Of a stretch of 64,000 nt of DNA, positions 54,776 through 63,442 are shown in pieces. This DNA is from a virus. The notes beneath the pieces were generated by a model. It was not told the DNA's origin. It did not search any database and saw nothing but the letters and a program-made list of their open reading frames with translations. The translations under genes and the position numbers were made by a program. The stretch covers positions 10,179 through 74,178 of IMG/VR virus record IMGVR_UViG_3300040781_000091; one strand, 5' to 3'. Within the stretch, counting starts at the first letter, position 1, and the number at the start of each line of letters is the position of its first letter.

Positions 54776-56242
54776 CTATATTTCGCTTAACTGGCGTCCT
54801 ACCAATAATTTTAACAAGTCCTCAGTAGACTTGGCACGTTTAATTCCTAACTTAAATGCTTCTAACTGTTTATATACAGATGCAAACACCTGCAATGTTC
54901 TCTTGTCTACTTCCTCGTCATAGTGAAACTCTCGCGTCTTGCCGCCTAAGTCTACTGTAACTTTTTTATCGCCCACCTCGTCTTTATACTTGTCTAACTC
55001 CGAGGACAACTTCTTCTCTTGTTGATCGATATAATTTCTCCAATAGCTTTTTACACTCGAGAAATCCACATCACTTGTCAATTCCTGTACGATCTCTTCT
55101 GGGGTATTTCCGAACTTCTTTAAATACCGTTTTGCCTGCATAGTGCCTAGTTCGGGGTGCCCGAGTGAAGTTGCAAGTCCTACCAGTAGTCTACCGAGGA
55201 AGCTTTCTAACGTATGCACTGATTTAGGACGTTCCGCTAGCTCAGACCGTACCTGCCATATAAAATTCTTCACCGTTAGGAACATGTCTTTGTCTACTAC
55301 CTTGAACATTGCTCCAGTTTTTTTGTGTCTAAAAACGACGCCCTCGATCCAGCCGCCGTCTTCTATCTCTGGCCCAAACTCACTTTTTATCTGGCGCACT
55401 AAATCGTTTAATAGTAATTCCTTTATTCTTAACTTGTACCCAAGGCCGTCTTCGCTGTCGCCTTGTACATGCTTGTGTACTTCTTCGCGCTTTTTCTTTA
55501 CCCGCTCTTTAATTTCGCTCCAGTCCTTGGGGTCAATTCCTTCTGGACGCTTATTTAAAGGCACACCCAGAATATCTACATTAGAAAATTTCCATATGCC
55601 GGATGGCTTCTTTAAGTACTCGTCTAACTCGTCTAACTCTTTGTTGATTCTTTCACGGACTACGTCATCGATGAGTTCGTTGCCTTCCCAACTCGGCGTT
55701 TTAGCAAAAGTCCACTTGTGTTCTTCTTCGGCCATGTGTATTGTTTTGCCATCTATTGTGTACGGCGAATCAACCGCCACGTACACAGACTCGCCGTCTA
55801 ATGTATCTCTTAAGGAAGTTAAATCGACCTCACCTTCTATTACTCGGAGGAAGATGATTTCGTTTTCTTCGCTAGAATACGGTACAGCATTTGGCAGTTT
55901 GCCAAACAGTACTTCGGCTTCTACTCTGTCGCCGCGAGCTAAGCCAGCATCAATTAGTTGTGGCAACACTTTTTCTAGCGCGGCATGGGCTGACCGCTGA
56001 AACGTAGTTGAGAAGTTAATAGGATGATCACTGACGTCATGCATACGCTTGCCGCCTTTGTCTTCGCGTGAGGTGTAGAAGCCGCCTTCGTCTATTCCGA
56101 ACTGTATATTGCTCCCGTCTATTTTTTCGGATACTTCGTATTCTTCGAAATTACGCAAAGCATCGATAAACTGGTCGATTTTTAAATCTTCGACGTGGGT
56201 AATACCCTCGAACATCGGCCGGCGGAGTTGTTCAAATCTCAT
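54776..56242 (-). CDS. ATP-dependent ligase superfamily (RNA ligase-like) protein with leader
   Basis: SEKIDGSN (motif I), EAEVL (III), IEGVVF (IV), FKVVD (V); likely start MRFEQL..MFEG. Confidence 0.7.
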   Translation of the reverse strand: MRFEQLRRPMFEGITHVEDLKIDQFIDALRNFEEYEVSEKIDGSNIQFGIDEGGFYTSREDKGGKRMHDVSDHPINFSTTFQRSAHAALEKVLPQLIDAGLARGDRVEAEVLFGKLPNAVPYSSEENEIIFLRVIEGEVDLTSLRDTLDGESVYVAVDSPYTIDGKTIHMAEEEHKWTFAKTPSWEGNELIDDVVRERINKELDELDEYLKKPSGIWKFSNVDILGVPLNKRPEGIDPKDWSEIKERVKKKREEVHKHVQGDSEDGLGYKLRIKELLLNDLVRQIKSEFGPEIEDGGWIEGVVFRHKKTGAMFKVVDKDMFLTVKNFIWQVRSELAERPKSVHTLESFLGRLLVGLATSLGHPELGTMQAKRYLKKFGNTPEEIVQELTSDVDFSSVKSYWRNYIDQQEKKLSSELDKYKDEVGDKKVTVDLGGKTREFHYDEEVDKRTLQVFASVYKQLEAFKLGIKRAKSTEDLLKLLVGRQLSEI

Positions 56243-56861
56243 TATCGCTAACACCTTTCTTGGGGTAGTCGCCCTCGCCTAATCCTTCGTTGCTTTGTGC
56301 TGGGATTAAATCGGCTAAGCGAGTAAATAGATATTTAATTGCTTTGTTTGTGATAGGTGCTTCTGTTAGCTCTACTGACTCAGTGACACCGTCTAAATAT
56401 TGTAATACCGGTTCTGCCATATTGGCAGCTATAATACTGTTTGCTAGGTTTGTAATTTTCTGATCGTCCGATCCTGTTACACCTGCATTCTTCAGGGCTC
56501 TTTTTATTTCGCCATCGGAAATGTCGAACTCACGAAGCATCCTCACGATTTCTCTGAGGTCGGTCGGTGAATGAAGATCTTCCCACGCATCATATAAATC
56601 TTCATATGTGATCTCGTTGCGTTCTCTAAACTTGCCCGTAGCCCTTTTAGCATTGTTGTACTTCTTTGATACAAATTGTTTAGCATAGTTTATAGGCCCT
56701 TCGGTTAATCCAGCAAGCTCTTTTAGCCGCTCAATTTCTTCATTTTTTTTGTTTACTGAAAACTTATCTATAGTTTTAGTGAGCGAGCTTTTACCAGAGC
56801 CACGCAATTTAACGATTTCGTCGAATATTGCTCTGATTGTATTTTTACTAAGAGTTGGCAC
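56232..56861 (-). CDS. Putative head protein
   Basis: EIERLKELAGLTEG; VTES and LTEA sites. Confidence 0.6.
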   Translation of the reverse strand: MPTLSKNTIRAIFDEIVKLRGSGKSSLTKTIDKFSVNKKNEEIERLKELAGLTEGPINYAKQFVSKKYNNAKRATGKFRERNEITYEDLYDAWEDLHSPTDLREIVRMLREFDISDGEIKRALKNAGVTGSDDQKITNLANSIIAANMAEPVLQYLDGVTESVELTEAPITNKAIKYLFTRLADLIPAQSNEGLGEGDYPKKGVSDNEI

Positions 56862-57189
56862 GTTGTAACTCCCGCTTTAATTGTCTTCGTTGCTCGGGAG
56901 TGAGCTTATCCCGTATTAACGCTTTTATTCGATTTAGTCGGTCGGGATCTACTCTCTTCGTATCGTCTTGCTTGCCGATATTAAGGAGCTCGCTTATACG
57001 AGCCAATAACTTGTTTGATATACGAGCACCGTTGAGTTGGGCTGGTAGATATTCTTCCACAAATGCCAAGACATCGGTGTCTTCTGGGGGTGTGCCATCT
57101 TGCTCTGGTGTTGCTATTCCCTTGGATTTCGCATAGCGAACCCAAGCCTTTACCATTGCTAAGACTCTCGGATCATTCTTGTCGGCCAT
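56848..57189 (-). CDS. Hypothetical late protein
   Basis: Likely start MADKND at 57189. Confidence 0.6.
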   Translation of the reverse strand: MADKNDPRVLAMVKAWVRYAKSKGIATPEQDGTPPEDTDVLAFVEEYLPAQLNGARISNKLLARISELLNIGKQDDTKRVDPDRLNRIKALIRDKLTPEQRRQLKRELQRANS

Positions 57190-57445
57190 TGCAGTCTTTA
57201 CTCTCTTTAACTTTTCGTATAGAACGAACAAACCTGTTAGGATCGCTGCCCTTGATACTACTAATGAAACGTTTTTTGAGTTGATCTGCTTCTTCGGGGG
57301 TATAAACTTCGTCTATCATTTCGAGAAGAAAAATGGCCGCAGAAATTGCATGGTGGGCCCTCATTTCAATTAGGTCCTCTTTGTTCTTCTTCGGGACATA
57401 ATTGTTAATTTCGTGAAGAATACTCTTTGCTTTTCTATAACCCAC
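57173..57445 (-). CDS. Hypothetical late protein, first gene of the operon
   Basis: GAGGTG RBS; GATAAATA at 57473-57480. Confidence 0.65.
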   Translation of the reverse strand: MGYRKAKSILHEINNYVPKKNKEDLIEMRAHHAISAAIFLLEMIDEVYTPEEADQLKKRFISSIKGSDPNRFVRSIRKVKESKDCNGRQE

Positions 57446-57485
57446 GTCAGATCACCTCGTTAATCTTTTTTGTATTTATCAAGGT

Positions 57486-58907
57486 TCACTCCATTTTTTT
57501 AATTAAATCACGGAGGGCTGTGGCCTTCGTGGCTGTTTCGGTGGGCGAGTCCGGCATTTTATTAGGAGCAGTAGGTATTCCCCCACTTGTCGTATTTGTT
57601 ATTACATTTTTCTTCTTCAATGTGTCCATAATATTCTTAGTCTGGGCAACTACTGCGCTATCGTCGTCCTCGTCTAGATCTGTAATTCTTAGTGTTTTTC
57701 CATTAAACGCTAAATCTACTTTAGACCCTACGCCAGAACTAGAACGTGTCTTCATAAACTGTATCTGATATCGGCCTGCTTCTTTCATTGCTGCTGTTGT
57801 AAAGATACCAATTACGTTGTCTGCTGTGTTTACCTTCGAAATACCGCCTGCGATGTGACTGGCATCGAATTCGATCTCTTCGAACGATCCTCTGTTTAGC
57901 TGTGATGCAGTAGCAAACAACACTTGTAAATCTGCTGCTAAGTTTCTAAGTTCCTCAGATACGTATTTGTCTTTAATAAACTGATCGCTCGGACTAACTT
58001 TAACAGATACAGGCCAGCACAAATCCAAATAGTCCACTAATAATGCATCTACCTTAACGCCAGTTTGAACTTCGTACTCTTTAAGATACGCCCGGATATC
58101 GTTTACTGTTGTTCCGCTCGGCATATACTTTAATCGAATGGAACCCTTATTTTTCTTCTGTGCTGATTTAACCCGCATCGCAACATCTTCCATGTTACGC
58201 AACACATCACGTGTCTCGCATCCTGCTGTCATTGCGTCTAATCTCATGGCCGATAAGTTCTCAGACAGCTCAAGTGTAATGTACACCACGTTTAGGCCGT
58301 TTTCTGCCCAGTTTACGGCTAAATTTTGAAGGAATAAGCTCTTTCCTGCACCAGGTTGTCCTGCAAAAATAGTAATCTCGCCGCGGTTAAATCCGCCGTA
58401 TAATTTACGATCAACAGATGCCCAGCCTGTAGATAATAATCCGCTGTTATCTCGTATGGCCTGAAGTCTTGCAAGCGGATCTGCGTAGTAATCTGTTCCT
58501 AAGTCTTTGACCAGTCCAATCTGCACTGCTGCCTTAATGCTAGACTCGACTTCCCCATATCTGCTTTCTTCTAGTAGATCGGGCGAGCTCAAAATTGCAA
58601 TCTCTAATGCTTTATGCCGGCAAAACTTTTCGTATTGCTCTAGAAACCAATCTTTATGATGATCGGTTATATTTTCCTCTAACTCAACTGTCTTTCCAGC
58701 AACTGCTTTAATCTGTGCCAGCGTAGGCATAGAGTTGTAATCGTTTGTATGCGATCCTAAAAATACAATTGTCTTTTTGTTGACTTCGCTGTTAAAAAAG
58801 TCAGGAGATGTGATACCTTTACATCTAATAAATAATTCAGGATCAGTTACCATGTAACTTATAAAGAGGTCTTCAACTTCCTTGGTATACGCCTGTATGT
58901 CGTTCAT
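57486..58907 (-). CDS. Replicative DnaB-family helicase (T4 gp41-like)
   Basis: GQPGAGKS, ITLELSE, LVDYLD, TASQLNR, KTR. Confidence 0.93.
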   Translation of the reverse strand: MNDIQAYTKEVEDLFISYMVTDPELFIRCKGITSPDFFNSEVNKKTIVFLGSHTNDYNSMPTLAQIKAVAGKTVELEENITDHHKDWFLEQYEKFCRHKALEIAILSSPDLLEESRYGEVESSIKAAVQIGLVKDLGTDYYADPLARLQAIRDNSGLLSTGWASVDRKLYGGFNRGEITIFAGQPGAGKSLFLQNLAVNWAENGLNVVYITLELSENLSAMRLDAMTAGCETRDVLRNMEDVAMRVKSAQKKNKGSIRLKYMPSGTTVNDIRAYLKEYEVQTGVKVDALLVDYLDLCWPVSVKVSPSDQFIKDKYVSEELRNLAADLQVLFATASQLNRGSFEEIEFDASHIAGGISKVNTADNVIGIFTTAAMKEAGRYQIQFMKTRSSSGVGSKVDLAFNGKTLRITDLDEDDDSAVVAQTKNIMDTLKKKNVITNTTSGGIPTAPNKMPDSPTETATKATALRDLIKKME

Positions 58908-59925
58908 TCTTATCTAATTTCCATTTTAATTCTATCGTCGTAGGATTTCTCTCCGACGAATCTATTATTGATTTTATCGTTAGAATTCTTCCGAATTTTT
59001 CTACGGCTTTAGCTGGGTCCTTTATGCCAATGCCCCAATCCGGAAATGCAACACGCCAACCATTTTTAATCGCGATGTTGACTAATGTACCGCCATCTTT
59101 GTCCTTGTCTGGGCACACTATAATTATCTTGCCTAAACTATTAAGCATCTGTATCTGGTCTTCGTTCATTGTACTGTGACACGGGCTAACGCCGTCTGTA
59201 AAATATGCGTCGAATACGCCTTCGCACAGTATAACGTATTTGCGATCGAAATCTGCCTGTTTACTAAGGTTGTATATATAATTATCAGGCATCTGATTTA
59301 TATATTTGGGAAGTTTCTTATTTGGCGGTTCGCCGAAGTATCTCCCTGTGTAACCTACAATTTCATTTTTATAATAAAACGGCAAAGTAAGTCGCTTATG
59401 AAACATGAATTCTTTGTCTGGAGTCCAAAACAATTCGTCCAACTTACGAAAGCGTCGATTAACTGCATATTCAGCTACACGCATGAAGTTAGGATCAGTG
59501 CAACCATCTGTTAGCCAATCTAATATACTACGAGAATTAGGAGGGAGAGACTTCGGTGTCCAATTCTTAGTAATTACGCCTCGGAGCTTTATCTCTGAAT
59601 CTGCTTCAAGTGAATTCTGCTCTTTGAACAGTTCGAAGTTTAGCTTCTGTATATCATATTGCGAAATACCTAGCTCGGACATAACACGCTGGAACTTTGC
59701 ACTGAGTGAATGACCGGGAGTAAACACTGCATCGTATCCGCAATTGAAACAATTAACTGCTATCTTTCCATCTGGACTAAAAAGCACGCCGAAACGTCCC
59801 TTAGTATCAGCGGACTCGCCTTTCAAATGGCACAGCATACAATTACGCCGCAGCCATCCTTTAGGTGTCTTTTTTAAGGGACCTAAGTGCTCTAGGAGAA
59901 TTTCTTTAACTAAGTCTTGAACCAT
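58873..59925 (-). CDS. DNA primase (T4 gp61-like)
   Basis: CMLC..CFNC Zn finger, GYTGR, KY, TOPRIM CEGVFDA and PDKD..G, KDP. Confidence 0.9.
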   Translation of the reverse strand: MVQDLVKEILLEHLGPLKKTPKGWLRRNCMLCHLKGESADTKGRFGVLFSPDGKIAVNCFNCGYDAVFTPGHSLSAKFQRVMSELGISQYDIQKLNFELFKEQNSLEADSEIKLRGVITKNWTPKSLPPNSRSILDWLTDGCTDPNFMRVAEYAVNRRFRKLDELFWTPDKEFMFHKRLTLPFYYKNEIVGYTGRYFGEPPNKKLPKYINQMPDNYIYNLSKQADFDRKYVILCEGVFDAYFTDGVSPCHSTMNEDQIQMLNSLGKIIIVCPDKDKDGGTLVNIAIKNGWRVAFPDWGIGIKDPAKAVEKFGRILTIKSIIDSSERNPTTIELKWKLDKNERHTGVYQGS

Positions 59926-59947
59926 AATGCGTATTATAGCATAAATT

Positions 59948-60826
59948 TTAGGTTCTCACAAGTATTTTGTTTATCCTACCAGGGTTCTCTACTTCGGTTG
60001 ACGGAGTATATACAAACTTCAAAAACATAACATTAGCACTAAACGTATATGCTTCTGTTCCGAAGAAATCAATAAATTCTAAATAATCAGAGCCGGTCAC
60101 TACTTGTATTTTAAACCAGTGTCCGCTATTTGGATCTTCGTACGGATTTATATCTAAAGTACCTAACACTTCTAATGTACCTGTGAACTTGTCTGCTTCG
60201 TTTACATGTATAGAAAAGCTATGGGTCGACCAGGTGTGGTTCTGTACTCTGGCGCCGGGAATGGACGAGCTATAATATGTGTCAACAAGCGGCCCTGAGC
60301 CTTGCCATAGCAAACGAGTCATTGTCCACTCGTCAATAGTGTATGTCGGTAGAGGAACACGTTCGGCCTGACCAGTTAATTCGATAGTAGCCACGATGTT
60401 GCTATCGAAGTCAGTGTAAAACGGTGTGGTGGTTGCATATTTACCCACTGTACTCGGTGCAAATTGCTGTTGCCCTACGATTACAATTTCGTACAATCCT
60501 TCTGCTAGATTAGCAATGTCACCTTCGTCTAGATCCAAAAACAGCATGCCTTTAGCAGTGTTAGTTCTGCAAGGCCGTTGCAATACCAACTCTCTGTTCT
60601 CGGTATTGAAAATTCGTGCCATCATGTCGTAGTTGCAAATGTTAACTGGTTGTCGGTCGGGGTTAAATACTCTAAATTTTAGAATGTTATCAACCCCCTT
60701 ATGGACTTTTATATTTCGTTTGTTCATGGGCGCATTATCCGTGTCTAAGCAGGTCGTTTGATCGTCATTTAACAACAATCGTCTGACATCGTCGTATAAG
60801 TATAGGTCGTTGAGTGATGTAAACAT
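59948..60826 (-). CDS. Late structural protein (BppU-like N-terminal domain)
   Basis: KGVDN.LKF..NPDRQPVN, GLY; GATAAATA at 60832-60839. Confidence 0.55.
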   Translation of the reverse strand: MFTSLNDLYLYDDVRRLLLNDDQTTCLDTDNAPMNKRNIKVHKGVDNILKFRVFNPDRQPVNICNYDMMARIFNTENRELVLQRPCRTNTAKGMLFLDLDEGDIANLAEGLYEIVIVGQQQFAPSTVGKYATTTPFYTDFDSNIVATIELTGQAERVPLPTYTIDEWTMTRLLWQGSGPLVDTYYSSSIPGARVQNHTWSTHSFSIHVNEADKFTGTLEVLGTLDINPYEDPNSGHWFKIQVVTGSDYLEFIDFFGTEAYTFSANVMFLKFVYTPSTEVENPGRINKILVRT

Positions 60827-60831
60827 ACAGC

Positions 60832-60886
60832 TATTTATCAGTATAGTTCAGTTTTTTAATTTGGTACATTTTCACAATGATAAATA
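60832..60886. promoter_or_regulatory. Divergent pair of late promoters
   Basis: GATAAATA on minus (60832-60839) and plus (60879-60886), each 5-7 nt from an ATG. Confidence 0.7.
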
Positions 60887-60893
60887 ACTTTGA

Positions 60894-61262
60894 ATGGAAT
60901 TAGACAACATATCACAAAACTTTCCCTATCTTAGCTGTGTCCTCTATCAGGGACGCGAATACGTTTGTATCATTCAAAATCACGACGATAAGATAATGAG
61001 CTTTTACGACTTCCAGTCGTTACGCACACCAGAGGAAAAACGATACTTCTTAGAGTGCGGCGACACGTGGTGGTGGGAAAGTAATAGACTGTTACCCATA
61101 CACATATTCTTAAACGGAAAGATGGTACCCTTTCGATATTGCCTAAAAACTGTTGCAATGAAAGATATATCTGTCGTATTCGGTCCGACTACCAGCCTAA
61201 ACAATCTAATGAAGAAGCGCATCAAGAAGCGTCAAATTCAACTAGTTAAGAAAGTTGACTAG
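60894..61262 (+). CDS. Conserved-looking hypothetical late protein
   Basis: FPYLS, IIQN, WWWESNR.LPI..FL. Confidence 0.7.
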   Translation: MELDNISQNFPYLSCVLYQGREYVCIIQNHDDKIMSFYDFQSLRTPEEKRYFLECGDTWWWESNRLLPIHIFLNGKMVPFRYCLKTVAMKDISVVFGPTTSLNNLMKKRIKKRQIQLVKKVD

Positions 61263-61833
61263 CTTGCTCTACCAATAAGTTCATCTGTACAACAATTGCC
61301 ATCGAATATGCAATCCCGTGTGCCCGTTTGAAGTGGTAACTGCCGTCTGCGGGTTTTTCCCAAACTTCTTTTTCTATTACGTCCCACGTACTATCGGCCA
61401 AGTGTTTTTTAGACGGGCGCATAACTGCAAGTAACATTGCTAATTGATCTACGCTCCTAGGATGCATCTTTTTCACTAACCAAAAATAATCTCCGATATG
61501 AAATAACTGCTGTACAATTTCTTCTATGTCTAGCAAAGTCCAATCAGGCTCTTTCATTAGTTCTAATAAATGTTCTTCGCTTCTAACACCTTCGTAAATA
61601 CTTACGTTCAGACAATCTACTTTAAAATAGCCTAAATCCTGTGCTTTCTTATAGTCTATGTTTGCTTGGTTAGTAAAAGGATTGCGAGGGATGTCTTGAA
61701 AATACACACCCGTGTTATGCTTCTCGAAGGTGCCTTTACGATCTATACTTGCAACAACATGCCTGAGACCACTAAGTGCTTTGTCTCGATCGGAAAAATC
61801 AATATCTACATCAAAATTTATCAGGGTGGACAT
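61246..61833 (-). CDS. Minimal DNA polymerase III alpha (DnaE)-like catalytic-domain protein
   Basis: DVDIDF, KHNTGVY, GYFKVDCL, LA..RP, FKRAH..AY. Confidence 0.75.
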   Translation of the reverse strand: MSTLINFDVDIDFSDRDKALSGLRHVVASIDRKGTFEKHNTGVYFQDIPRNPFTNQANIDYKKAQDLGYFKVDCLNVSIYEGVRSEEHLLELMKEPDWTLLDIEEIVQQLFHIGDYFWLVKKMHPRSVDQLAMLLAVMRPSKKHLADSTWDVIEKEVWEKPADGSYHFKRAHGIAYSMAIVVQMNLLVEQASQLS

Positions 61834-62284
61834 ATTTCCTCACACAAAATTTATCATATACCCGTCTTTCCGAATACTCCATGCAGTCTAACATTTCGCT
61901 CGGATCATAGATCACGTCAGCGGTGTGTTTTCCGTTTATAACTGATTGGTAAATTACATCATACCCAACTAGATTATGAAATATCTCAATCACACTCGGG
62001 CCGCCTATGACCCAAAAATTATTCCCAGTTGCTTCGATCAGCTTACTTGGATCGTCATATACATAATACCCGGGGCCGGGTGGTAGTGTCGAGCTAAGAA
62101 CTACATGAGTTCGATTCGGTAACAAGCTGGGTAAGCTCTCAAATGTATTTTTACCCATTACGATTGTGCCGCCGTTTGTCACATGTTTAAAGTGCTTAAA
62201 GTCCTCTGAAATATGTGCCCAAGGTAATTCGCTGTTTAACCCGAAGCCGTTTGCTTCGTCTATTGCAAATATTGCACCTATCAT
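61811..62284 (-). CDS. folA: Dihydrofolate reductase
   Basis: LPW..EDFKHFK, MGKNTFESL, LPNR.HVVLS, VIGG. Confidence 0.95.
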   Translation of the reverse strand: MIGAIFAIDEANGFGLNSELPWAHISEDFKHFKHVTNGGTIVMGKNTFESLPSLLPNRTHVVLSSTLPPGPGYYVYDDPSKLIEATGNNFWVIGGPSVIEIFHNLVGYDVIYQSVINGKHTADVIYDPSEMLDCMEYSERRVYDKFCVRKYVHPDKF

Positions 62285-63000
62285 AGTCCTGCTGCCTTTA
62301 GTGTCTCTTTGATAAACTTCACATCGTCGCTGTGTTTTGTAATTCGCTTGGTCCAGACACTAGGATCGATAATAGTTTTAATCATCTTGTATTGTTCTTC
62401 GTTAAATTGATCCAACAAGTTACCGGCACTCTCGGACAAATATAATACCCAGGGACTAATGCGTCCTGTTTTTATTAAATAAGCGGCTTCTGTAGTAGGA
62501 ATAACGGAAAAGAACTGATCGTATGTGCAGTTGTTTTCTTCTGCCCATTCGTTCATAAAAACAATGGTTCTTTCTAATCCTTTCTCGGGCGGCTCTTTAG
62601 CAATAAGATCCTCGAGATATGTCTCATAAACATAATCCTTCTGCCAGTCGTTAAGCTTCACTCCGTTGCGTATTACAAAGTCCACAAAGTCATTTGTATT
62701 AATCGGATTCAATTGTACTAAGTGTCTACCAAACTTGACAAACGATACATAATATTTACTATCAATAAAGTCGTCTAGGGTCTTTTCCTTTTTCGAATTA
62801 GTAGTCAACTCGAAGAATCTCTGAAACACACGAAAACCCAACCGTGACGCAATATTATCTTTATCTGCAAATCGCTTCTTCTTAGGGCACATGTGACTCG
62901 ACAATGTGCTTTCTTGAGAAAAACCGCGCTTACAGTATTTGCACACAAACGGTTTATTTGAAGATGTCTTTGATTTCTTTATCGCTGTAACCTGCATCAC
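62281..63000 (-). CDS. Zn-finger protein in the replication cluster
   Basis: FVCKYCKRGF....L..H.C; GRISPW. Confidence 0.65.
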   Translation of the reverse strand: MMQVTAIKKSKTSSNKPFVCKYCKRGFSQESTLSSHMCPKKKRFADKDNIASRLGFRVFQRFFELTTNSKKEKTLDDFIDSKYYVSFVKFGRHLVQLNPINTNDFVDFVIRNGVKLNDWQKDYVYETYLEDLIAKEPPEKGLERTIVFMNEWAEENNCTYDQFFSVIPTTEAAYLIKTGRISPWVLYLSESAGNLLDQFNEEQYKMIKTIIDPSVWTKRITKHSDDVKFIKETLKAAGL

Positions 63001-63442
63001 TGAATATTTGTTTTATTTCGTCTTGCGTATGTATTGAATCGAGTAGTTCTAGCTCATCTGCTTTTAGATTAGGAAAAAGTTTACTAAGTTCTGACTGAAC
63101 TGGATTCTTCCCCTTCTTCTTAGGTGGCTTCAGATACGTATGGAACTGATTGCTTCCGGCACCGCACAGTGCCATTAGTTTCCATTGTAGCTCAGGGTGT
63201 TTATTAAGAGCTGTGAATTCGTGATTCACTAAATCGTTTACCATCAGCAAATAGTGTTCTGCATACATGCCATTACATGAACTAGCATAACGCATAGCAA
63301 GCCAAGGAGAGAATGCCTTCTTAAGCTCGTCATCCAGTCTATTATAAAAGTCTTTGTCGCCTCTGTCAAGCGCAGAGAGCATCTCCTTCAATGGTATCTG
63401 TGCTTTCTTCGGCTTCGCCGGTGCTTTGGGTTTAGTAGCCAT
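62954..63442 (-). CDS. Putative clamp-loader small subunit (T4 gp62-like)
   Basis: FSPWLAMRY.S, N..HPELQW, position among replication genes; start MATKPK at 63442. Confidence 0.5.
   Translation of the reverse strand: MATKPKAPAKPKKAQIPLKEMLSALDRGDKDFYNRLDDELKKAFSPWLAMRYASSCNGMYAEHYLLMVNDLVNHEFTALNKHPELQWKLMALCGAGSNQFHTYLKPPKKKGKNPVQSELSKLFPNLKADELELLDSIHTQDEIKQIFSDAGYSDKEIKDIFK

Noticed and set aside
55143-56000. 285-aa plus-strand ORF and other long antisense ORFs (e.g. 40715-41473, 36778-37368, 6908-7378)
   Set aside because: They are shadows of well-supported minus-strand genes, Ser/Pro-rich, with no RBS, promoter or motifs
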